A stretch of 64,000 bases of DNA from contig CALKHU010000135.1 in the NCBI GenBank assembly GCA_937991555.1, positions 1,787-65,786 on the forward strand, read 5' to 3'. Of the stretch, positions 56,713-64,000 are shown piece by piece. The number at the start of each line of letters is the position of its first letter. The stretch's first letter is position 1. The notes below the pieces were generated by a model, which was not told where the DNA came from, did no database searches, and saw nothing but the letters and a program-made list of their open reading frames with translations. The position numbers and the translations under genes were made by a program. The DNA comes from an uncultured Caulobacter sp. Its GTDB lineage: Bacteria > Pseudomonadota > Alphaproteobacteria > Caulobacterales > Caulobacteraceae.

Positions 56713-58545
56713 ATGGCGCGCGACACCCCGGGGGACCATGCGAGGCTCGACCTCTGCCTCGTCGTTCCCCCGTTCGACCAGATCAAGATTCCGCTGCTCG
56801 GGCCCGCCATCCTGACCGCCGCCTGCCGGAATCGCGGCCTGTCGGTGAAGACGGTCTTCGGCAGCATCATGCTGGCCGCCCGGGTCGGCTATGAGCCCTA
56901 CAAGGCGGTGTCGCGCTACTACCTCGACTGCATCGTCGGGGAACGGTTGTTCCGGCCCCATGCCTGGCCGCCGGAGATCGACGCGACCCTTCCGCCGCTG
57001 CCGCCGCTGGCGGAGAAGCCGGCCGCGCTCTGCGACCTGCTGGCCCCGCAGATCGGGCCCTTCGTCGACGACTTTGTCGCCGCGGTCCTCGCCGACCGCC
57101 CCCGTATCGTGGCGATCACCTCGACGTTCGAGCAGATCATGGCCGGCTCGGCCCTCGCCTGGCGGATCAAGCAGGCTGACCCCGATATCTGCGTGGTCAT
57201 GGGCGGCGCAAACATCGCCTCGCCGATGGGCCAGGCCTTCGCCCAGGTCTTTCCATGGGTGGACCATTTCTTCGCGGGCGAGGCGGACGTCGCCTTTCCG
57301 GACTTCTGCGAACGGCTTGTGCGCACGGGCGAGCGTCCGGTCGAACGCGTCGTGGAATGCGCGCCCATCGAGCGGATCGACCAGGCGCCGGCGCCGGACT
57401 TCAGCGATTTCATTGCGGCGTTGCGCCAGGCCCAGGCGGACGGCCGCCTGCCGGCGGACCTGCCCGAAGGACTGCCCCTGGAGAGCTCTCGCGGCTGCTG
57501 GTGGGGCATGAAGCACCACTGTGTCTTCTGCGGCCTGAACGGCGACACGATGGACTTCCGCATCAAGCCGCCCGAGCGGATGATCGGCGAGATCCGCGAC
57601 CTCGTCGAGCAGTGGGACCCCGACCGGCTGTCGTTCACCGACAACATCATGCCGATGGGCTACCTGCAGACCGTACTGCCGGAACTGGCGACCTGGGAGC
57701 GCAAGCCGGGACTGTTCTACGAGGTCAAGGCGAACCTCCGCTTCGACCAGCTCGAGCTGATGCGGCGTGCGGGCATGGTGCAGATCCAGCCGGGCTTGGA
57801 GTCGCTGTCGACCAACGTGCTCCGGATCATGCGCAAGGGGGTCTCGGCCCTGCAGAACCTGGCGCTGCTGCGCGACTGCGCCTCGCTGGACATCTACGTA
57901 CTGTGGAACATCCTCTACGGCTTCCCGGGCGAGACGACGGCGGACTACGCCGGGCTGCCGGACCTCTTCCCGAAGATCGAGCATTTCCGGCCGCCGCAGT
58001 ACTGCGTGCCGATCGTGATCGACCGCTTCAGCCCCCACCACCGCGACCCGCAGGCGTTCGGCATCGACTCCTATGCCCCGTATCCGGGGTTCGCCGCGCT
58101 GTTCCCGCCCGGAGCGCCGGTGATGGATCTCGCCTACCACTTCATCGGCCAGCACACGACGGACTTCATGCGGGACGAGGGCCTGGTCGCGGCGGTGCAC
58201 GCGGCTTACGACGCTTGGACCGAGCGGTGGGCCGGTCGCCCGCCGATCCTCGCGGCGCTCGACATCGGCGGCGCCGTGGTCGTCGCCGACACGCGGCGGG
58301 CGGCCGTCCAGCGCATGACGCCGCTGTCGCCGGCGGCGGACGACCTGCTGCGCCACCTCGAAAAGCCCCGCCGACGCGACAGTCTCGACCCGGCCTCGGC
58401 CGAGGTGCTGGCCGACCTGCTGGCGCGCCACTTCGTCATCGAGCACGAGGACCTGCTGATCAGCGTGGTCACCCGCCCGCCCGCGAAGGGGCAGGCGCCG
58501 GCGCTGACCCGACCGGCGCGGAGCGCCGTGCCGACCGTCGTCTGA
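56713..58545 (+). CDS. B12-dependent RiPP-maturation radical SAM C-methyltransferase
   Basis: MGGAN..GEAD cobalamin domain, ESSRGCWWGMKHHCVFCGLNG, YEVKANL, QPGLESL, WNILYGFPGE and DRFSP motifs. Confidence 0.88.
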   Translation: MARDTPGDHARLDLCLVVPPFDQIKIPLLGPAILTAACRNRGLSVKTVFGSIMLAARVGYEPYKAVSRYYLDCIVGERLFRPHAWPPEIDATLPPLPPLAEKPAALCDLLAPQIGPFVDDFVAAVLADRPRIVAITSTFEQIMAGSALAWRIKQADPDICVVMGGANIASPMGQAFAQVFPWVDHFFAGEADVAFPDFCERLVRTGERPVERVVECAPIERIDQAPAPDFSDFIAALRQAQADGRLPADLPEGLPLESSRGCWWGMKHHCVFCGLNGDTMDFRIKPPERMIGEIRDLVEQWDPDRLSFTDNIMPMGYLQTVLPELATWERKPGLFYEVKANLRFDQLELMRRAGMVQIQPGLESLSTNVLRIMRKGVSALQNLALLRDCASLDIYVLWNILYGFPGETTADYAGLPDLFPKIEHFRPPQYCVPIVIDRFSPHHRDPQAFGIDSYAPYPGFAALFPPGAPVMDLAYHFIGQHTTDFMRDEGLVAAVHAAYDAWTERWAGRPPILAALDIGGAVVVADTRRAAVQRMTPLSPAADDLLRHLEKPRRRDSLDPASAEVLADLLARHFVIEHEDLLISVVTRPPAKGQAPALTRPARSAVPTVV

Positions 58546-58548
58546 TCC

Positions 58549-59733
58549 TTGGCCGATCGGTCCCCCGAGCTTGGGCTGCTGGCGGCCTGCATGCTCTGGC
58601 CGCCGTCCGAGGCGCGGTCGCGGGCCGTGGCGCAGGCCGCGGCCGACCCCGCTCTCGACTGGGAGGCCTTCGCCAGAACCGTCGACCGGCACCGCGCCGC
58701 CGCCTTCGCCCATGACGGCCTGACCCGGGCGGGCGCGACCGCCGCGCCGGCCGCCTTCCGCGCAACGCTGGCGCGGCGGGCGGCGGCCGACGGCCTGATC
58801 AACAGGGCCTACGTCCGCGAAGGCGAGCGTCTGGTCGCGGCGCTGCGCGACGCCGGCCTTGAGGTCATGGTCCTGAAGGGGGCCGGGCTGGTCGCGGCCG
58901 CCTACGGCGATCTGGGCGTGCGCCAGATCCGGGACCTCGACCTGCTGGTCCGACCGGAGGCCCTGGGCCGCGCCGGCGAGATCTGCGAGGCCGCCGGATA
59001 CGTCCGCCTGCAGCCGCCGCCGGGGTCGACGCCGGCGCAGCTGGCCGCCTGGATGCGGTGGCGCAAGGATATCCTCTATCGCCACGGCGCGAGCGGCCTG
59101 ACCCTCGAACTGCACTACCGCCCGACGCTCAGTCCCGGGCTCGCGGCGCGGCTGGACCTGTGGAGCGCCGGCGCGGAGGTGACCCTGCCGGGCGGCGGGA
59201 CGACGCCGGCCGCCACGGGCGAGGCCCTCTACGCCTACCTCTGCCTGCATGGCGGCTTCTGCGCCTGGTTCCGGCTCAAATGGCTTGCGGACATCGCCGC
59301 CCTCACGGCGGGCCTGGCGCCGGACGCCCTCGCGGGCCTGCACGAGGCCGCCCGGGCGCGAGGCGCGGGGCGTGCCTCCGCCCAGGCCCTTCTGCTCGTC
59401 GAGCAGGTGTTCGACCGGCCGCTTCCGCCGGATCTGCGGCGCAGGATCGTGTCCGACCGGACGGTTCGCCGCCTGGTCCGTTTCGCCCTGGCGGTGCTGT
59501 CCGACCCGCGCGAGCCCGAACAGGTTCCCTTGCGCTCGACCGCGATCCAGCTGCACCGGCTGCTGCTGATCGAGGACTGGCGCGACCGGATCGAGGACGT
59601 CCGCGGCATGCTGGTCGACTGGCCGTTGGTCTTCGCCCTGCCGCTGCCGCGACCGCTCTGGTTCCTCTACCCGCTGCTCAGGGGGCCGGCCTGGGCCTTG
59701 CGCAAGCTTCGCCGCCGCAGGCCGTCGTCATGA
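58549..59733 (+). CDS. Nucleotidyltransferase family protein (lasso-cluster type)
   Basis: LKG..Y..R..RDLDLLV, ELH and H..WFRLKWLADI motifs. Confidence 0.85.
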   Translation: MADRSPELGLLAACMLWPPSEARSRAVAQAAADPALDWEAFARTVDRHRAAAFAHDGLTRAGATAAPAAFRATLARRAAADGLINRAYVREGERLVAALRDAGLEVMVLKGAGLVAAAYGDLGVRQIRDLDLLVRPEALGRAGEICEAAGYVRLQPPPGSTPAQLAAWMRWRKDILYRHGASGLTLELHYRPTLSPGLAARLDLWSAGAEVTLPGGGTTPAATGEALYAYLCLHGGFCAWFRLKWLADIAALTAGLAPDALAGLHEAARARGAGRASAQALLLVEQVFDRPLPPDLRRRIVSDRTVRRLVRFALAVLSDPREPEQVPLRSTAIQLHRLLLIEDWRDRIEDVRGMLVDWPLVFALPLPRPLWFLYPLLRGPAWALRKLRRRRPSS

Positions 59734-61657
59734 CCGGCTCGAACACCTCGGCGACCCGACGGGCGCCGCGGTCGTTGAGGTGGCCCGCGTCGCGATAGAA
59801 GGCTCCGCGCGCGTCGGACAGCCGGCAGATCGACCCGTCGCACAGGCGCAGCCCGGGCCTCAGCAGGCGCAGGAGGCCTCTCTGCTGCAGGGCCTCCGCC
59901 GGCGGACGCTGCCCCGACAACTGCATGCGGTACTCGTCCAGCCCGATCGTCGCCGACGGGGGGCGGCCCAGGACCGCCGCCTTGGCCAGGCGATCGGGCG
60001 AGGCCGAGAGCGCATAGGGCGTGTCCTCCACGAAGTAGACGGTCACCCCCAGCCGGGTCAGCGCGGCCACCGTCCGTTCGAGCGCCCTCCGGGCCTCGGC
60101 CGCCGCGAGGTACGGCTGACGCCGTCCGTGCTCGCTCCAGACGCCGCGGAAGTCAGGACGGATGAACGGGCCCATGGCGGGGCCCCATTTGCCGGCCAGG
60201 ATCACAGCGGCCGGACGCTCTGCGGCGATCACCTCCAGCACCCGGCGGTTGCGCGCTTCGCAGGCCGGCCCCGAACCTGAAAAGCCGATCAGCGGCGCGC
60301 AGCCGAGTTCGGTGAGATCGAAGCCCGCCGCGCCGCGCCGTGTCGCGAGGTCATCCAGCCCGGCCCGGTACATCGCCGCATGGGAGTCGCCCCACAGAAT
60401 GAAGGTCGGACGCGCCCTCGGATCCCCGAGCCGGCACTCCGCCCCGGCGCGTGTTTCGAGCGGCCGGCCGGCGCAGGGAAAGTCGGCGCGGGAGTCCGGA
60501 TCGGCCAGCCGCAAGACCGGCTCGGCGAACCGCTGGGGCAGGCCGTCCAGGGCGCGCAGCGCCACGCCGTAGAGCCCCAGGACGATGCTGCTCGCCGACA
60601 GCAGGACGATGAGCCTTCTGCGTGACAGCCAGCCGTCCGGCCCCCGGAACGGCTGCTCCACATACCGCCAGGAGAGCCAGGCGACCGGGACCGCGACCGC
60701 GGCCATCGCCATCCGCACCGGCGTCGCCCAGGCTTCGTCGAGCATGTAGTAGCCGCCGAACACGATCAGCGGCCAATGCCAGAGATAGAGCGAGTAGGAG
60801 ATCAGCCCGAGCCCGGCCAGAGGTCGAAAGGCCAGCAGGCGGGCGACCCGCGAGCCGGGGGCCTGCGTCCCGTGAATGACGAGGGCCGCGCCCAGGCAGG
60901 GCGCGAGCGCGTTGACGCCGGGAAACGGGTCTGCCGGGGTGAGCCGCCAGATCGCCCAGACGATGGCGGCCATCCCGGCCGCCGCCAGCGCGTCCCCGGT
61001 CCGGCGGCCCGGCGCCGGCAGCACCCCGAGGGCCAGCAGGGCGCCGAGCAGGAACTCCCAGGCGCGCGACAGCGGCGAGTAGAAGGCCAGGTTGGGCGCC
61101 TGTCCCGCCGTCCACACGCTGTAGCCGAAGGACAGGGCCGCGATCAGCCCGAGCGCGGCGACGAGCGTCGGCCGGCCGCGCCGGGCCGCCAGGACCAGCA
61201 GGACGGGAAAGATGAGGTAGAACTGCTCCTCGATCGACAGGGACCAGGTATGCAGCAGCGGCGCGGAGCCGCTCGCCATCCCGAAGTAGTCGTTCCAGCG
61301 GGCGAACTGGACGTTCGAGAGAAAGACGATCATCGCCGCGAGGCTCGAGCCGAACCGCTGCAGGTCGGCCGGCAACAGCATCAGCGCCAGACCCCCGCTG
61401 ACGGCCAGCATGAACAGCAGGGCCGGGAGGATCCGGCGCGCCCGCCGCTCGTAGAAGTCCGCGAAGGAGAAACGTCCTCCGGCCCGGTCGGCCAGGATCA
61501 GGCGGGCGATGAGATAGCCTGAGATCACGAAGAAGACGTCGACCCCGACGAAGCCGCCGGACAGTCCCGGCGCGCGCGCGTGGAACAGCACCACGGCCGC
61601 CACGGCGATTCCCCGCAGGCCGTCGATCTCGGGTCGTTGACCGGGCCGGGACGCCAT
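59678..61657 (-). CDS. Acyltransferase-3 / SGNH fusion (OafA-like)
   Basis: IDGLRG, GVDVFFVISG, HTWSLSIEEQFY, SYSLYLWHWP, GDSHA and DAGH motifs. Confidence 0.92.
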   Translation of the reverse strand: MASRPGQRPEIDGLRGIAVAAVVLFHARAPGLSGGFVGVDVFFVISGYLIARLILADRAGGRFSFADFYERRARRILPALLFMLAVSGGLALMLLPADLQRFGSSLAAMIVFLSNVQFARWNDYFGMASGSAPLLHTWSLSIEEQFYLIFPVLLVLAARRGRPTLVAALGLIAALSFGYSVWTAGQAPNLAFYSPLSRAWEFLLGALLALGVLPAPGRRTGDALAAAGMAAIVWAIWRLTPADPFPGVNALAPCLGAALVIHGTQAPGSRVARLLAFRPLAGLGLISYSLYLWHWPLIVFGGYYMLDEAWATPVRMAMAAVAVPVAWLSWRYVEQPFRGPDGWLSRRRLIVLLSASSIVLGLYGVALRALDGLPQRFAEPVLRLADPDSRADFPCAGRPLETRAGAECRLGDPRARPTFILWGDSHAAMYRAGLDDLATRRGAAGFDLTELGCAPLIGFSGSGPACEARNRRVLEVIAAERPAAVILAGKWGPAMGPFIRPDFRGVWSEHGRRQPYLAAAEARRALERTVAALTRLGVTVYFVEDTPYALSASPDRLAKAAVLGRPPSATIGLDEYRMQLSGQRPPAEALQQRGLLRLLRPGLRLCDGSICRLSDARGAFYRDAGHLNDRGARRVAEVFEPVMTTACGGEACARPRPAP

Positions 61658-61665
61658 GCCGCCGG

Positions 61666-62991
61666 TCAGGGTCTGCGGCACCAGAAGTGATACATGCCGG
61701 AGAACAGCTCCGGCTCGCGCCACTCCGTCGCCGCCCAGGCGTCGAAGTCGCGGAACCACGGGTCGTGCGGATGCTCGGACCGGTACCGGGCGCGTCGCGT
61801 CTTCCCCGGAAGCTCGAAGCCGAGGAACTCGAGGCCGAGCGACTCGATCCCGCGCCGGATGCGCGGCACGTCGAACAGGTCCTCGTGCCGGTTGAACAGC
61901 AGGTCGTGGACGCCGCCCAGCGAGGCGAAGTCCGGCGACCAGGTCAGGGCGTGTACAGGGTCGGCGAGCAGCCGCCCGCGTGCTTCGCGCAGCAGGTCGT
62001 CATCCACCGGCCGGTCCAGCAGGTCGGCGATCCGGTGCTGGGCCGACCGGACGCGCAGCCGGGCCAGCTTGCTGTAGACCATGATGCTCATCACCCCGCC
62101 CGGCTTCAGGGCCTCCACCAGCCTGGCCCAGTCCGCTTCCGGCGAGGGCAGGTGATGCAGCACGCCCGAACAGCTGATCAGGTCGAAGCGGCCCAGCGCC
62201 GGCGCATCGCGCAGGTCTCTCTGCTCCCAGCGGACGTTGGTGATACCCAGCGAAGCCCAGCGTTCGGCGGCATAGGCCAGGGACGCGGCGCTGAGGTCTA
62301 TGGCCGTGATCCGCGCTTCCGGCGCCCGCATGGCGATGAGCGCCGTCTCGCGGCCGGTCCCGCAGCCAGCGACCAGGATCGAGGGCGCCTCGGGCAGTTC
62401 GATCGGCTCCGGACCGAGCCTTGCGATCATGCCGGCGAGCGTGTCGCCGCGCGGCCTGGTGACCCTTTCCCAGACCGGATAGGGCCAGATTTCGTACTGC
62501 TCGGCGACCGCGCGCTTGACGGGGGACGGGTTGGCGATCGCCGGGCCAGGTCGGGGACGTTTCGGCAGATAGGCGGCGGCCAGCACGGCCCCGTCCGGTC
62601 GCGCGAGCGCGGCCCGCTCCTCGTCGTCGAACGGCCAGGCGCCGCCATTGCGCGCGGCCTGGGCGACAAGGGCGGCCGTGAGCGCCGGGAAACCGGCCGC
62701 ACGGCCGGACAGCAGCAGCCAGCGACGCAACGCTGTCAGCGCCCGTTCCGAGGGCGGATGGGTGACGCATGTCTCGGTCAGGAAGGCCAGGGCGGGGCCG
62801 CTCGCCTCGACCCTCCGCGCGCCCTCTTCGTCGGGAGAGGGGAGGCGCCCGGTCTCGGCCAGGATTTCCCAGCCCGCGCGGGCCGGCTGGATCGGGTCCA
62901 CGGCCGGGTCGGTCGCCAGGGCGCGCAACCCATCGAGAGCTGCGTCCGTCGCGCCGGCGCCGGCCAGTCGGCGCGCCTCATCGAGTTCCAT
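61666..62991 (-). CDS. Class I SAM-dependent methyltransferase
   Basis: QYEIWPYP, LVAGCGTG, IDLS, SGVLHH and LKPGG motifs. Confidence 0.88.
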   Translation of the reverse strand: MELDEARRLAGAGATDAALDGLRALATDPAVDPIQPARAGWEILAETGRLPSPDEEGARRVEASGPALAFLTETCVTHPPSERALTALRRWLLLSGRAAGFPALTAALVAQAARNGGAWPFDDEERAALARPDGAVLAAAYLPKRPRPGPAIANPSPVKRAVAEQYEIWPYPVWERVTRPRGDTLAGMIARLGPEPIELPEAPSILVAGCGTGRETALIAMRAPEARITAIDLSAASLAYAAERWASLGITNVRWEQRDLRDAPALGRFDLISCSGVLHHLPSPEADWARLVEALKPGGVMSIMVYSKLARLRVRSAQHRIADLLDRPVDDDLLREARGRLLADPVHALTWSPDFASLGGVHDLLFNRHEDLFDVPRIRRGIESLGLEFLGFELPGKTRRARYRSEHPHDPWFRDFDAWAATEWREPELFSGMYHFWCRRP

Positions 62992-63008
62992 CACGGCACG
63001 CTCTTCGG

Positions 63009-63037
63009 TTGCCCGGCCCAGGGCGACTTTCTATAGC
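63009..63037 (+). promoter_or_regulatory. Sigma70-like promoter TTGCCC-N17-TATAGC for the cyclase
   Basis: Same spacing and -10 hexamer as the B1 promoter. Confidence 0.55.
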
Positions 63038-63074
63038 GTGTCGGCGGGGGCGCAAGGCGCGGGCGAACGGATCA

Positions 63075-64000
63075 ATGACGGGCTTTGCCGGCTTCATCGG
63101 GCCCCGGGGGGCGGCCCCGGACCCCGCCCTTTCACAGGCCATGCGCGCCGCCATCGCCTACATGGGCCCGGACCGCCGGGACCACTGTGAGTCGGACGGC
63201 GTCCTGCTCGCCCAAGCCCTGCTCGCCACCACGCTTGAGGAGCGCGGCGACCGCCAGCCCCTGACCTTCGACGGTCGCGCGCATCTGGTCGCGGACGCCC
63301 GAATCGACGGCAGGTCCGCGCTCATCGCGGAACTGCAAGCCGCCGGACGCCGGGTGGCCGCCGATGCGCCCGACAGCGCCCTGATCCTGCATGCCTGGCA
63401 CGTCTGGGGAGAGTCCGCGCCGGAGCACCTGATCGGCGATTTCGCCTTCGTCGTCTGGGACAGCGAGGCGCGCCGCCTGTTCGCCGCCCGTGACCATTTC
63501 GGCAGCGTGCCGTTCTACTTCGCCAGGGTCGGCGAGACCTTCCTGTTCGGCAACGCCGTGCCCGCCCTGCTCGCCCATCCTGGCCTCGACCGTTCCCTGA
63601 ACCCGGTGGCGGTCGGCGATTACCTGATGTTCGGCCACAGCCTCGACCAGGGGTCCGGCTTCTACCGCGCCATCGACCGGCTGCCGCCGGCGCACAGCCT
63701 GTCGTTCGCCGACGGGACCGTCCGGATGCGCCGTTACTGGACGTTGCCGCCGCCCGACTTCGAGGCCGCCCGGACGCTGCGTCCCGACGCCCTGGCCGAG
63801 CAGTTCGGGGCGATCCTGGCGCAGGCCGTCAGCGACAGGGTCCGCCTCGACAAGGTCGCCACCACGCTCAGCGGCGGAATGGACTCGACCCTGATCACCG
63901 CCCTCGCCATGCGCGGATCGTCGGCCCGCATCGACAGCTACTCCTTCGGCGGCGACTGGCTGACGCCCGACGTCGAGCGGCACTGGGCCTGGCGCTGCGC
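63075..64000 (+). CDS. Asparagine-synthetase-like lasso cyclase (C), truncated by the window edge
   Basis: Not in the ORF track. MTGFAG (no Cys nucleophile)..GPD..ADARID..GDFAF..ARDHFG..LSGGMDS PP-loop. Confidence 0.88.
   Translation, partial: MTGFAGFIGPRGAAPDPALSQAMRAAIAYMGPDRRDHCESDGVLLAQALLATTLEERGDRQPLTFDGRAHLVADARIDGRSALIAELQAAGRRVAADAPDSALILHAWHVWGESAPEHLIGDFAFVVWDSEARRLFAARDHFGSVPFYFARVGETFLFGNAVPALLAHPGLDRSLNPVAVGDYLMFGHSLDQGSGFYRAIDRLPPAHSLSFADGTVRMRRYWTLPPPDFEAARTLRPDALAEQFGAILAQAVSDRVRLDKVATTLSGGMDSTLITALAMRGSSARIDSYSFGGDWLTPDVERHWAWRC

Noticed and set aside
63075-63143. Suspected frameshift at the cyclase 5' end
   Set aside because: Recount shows ATG 63075 and ATG 63141 are 66 nt apart and in frame
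63075-64000. Housekeeping asparagine synthetase AsnB
   Set aside because: Lacks the N-terminal catalytic Cys (MTG) and lies in a lasso cluster, so cyclase is the better call
1-64000. CRISPR arrays, tRNA/rRNA, IS elements, integrase or att sites
   Set aside because: None recognised by eye, so mobility of these modules is unsupported within this window

Overview
High-GC alphaproteobacterial DNA; gene content and codon style suggest Caulobacteraceae (inference). Four blocks. (1) 1-3000: GH65-like gene, DUF6766 protein and xth. (2) about 3080-50580: a large micro-oxic FixLJ-FixK/Fnr region (fixLJ, fixK, an Fe-S FnrN-type regulator, ccoNOQP-ccoGHIS, hemN, ompW, two USPs, three flavodoxin-fold quinone reductases, an AMP-phosphorylase-like/Prs-like pair, a MacAB-like exporter), marked by about 14 intergenic TTGA-N6-TCAA boxes. 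(3) 34.2-43.0 kb, nested inside block 2: a sulfide/persulfide module (SQR, rhodanese, RND pump, TauE, persulfide dioxygenase, two BigR/SqrR-like ArsRs with AT-rich operators). (4) 50589 to beyond 64000: the best candidate for an undescribed system, a heavily tailored lasso-peptide cluster. It has a 45-aa precursor (predicted core TATTNGPNDANGPGSYTS, Thr1-Asp9 ring, C-terminal Ser), split B1/B2, a cyclase cut by the window edge, HPr-type kinase, nucleotidyltransferase, B12-radical-SAM methyltransferase, class I methyltransferase, OafA/SGNH acyltransferase, geranylgeranyl-reductase-like flavoenzyme, a possible ABBA prenyltransferase, a Nif11-like protein and an ABC exporter. No rRNA, tRNA, CRISPR array, transposase or integrase was seen. 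All calls come from reading motifs by eye; no searches were run.
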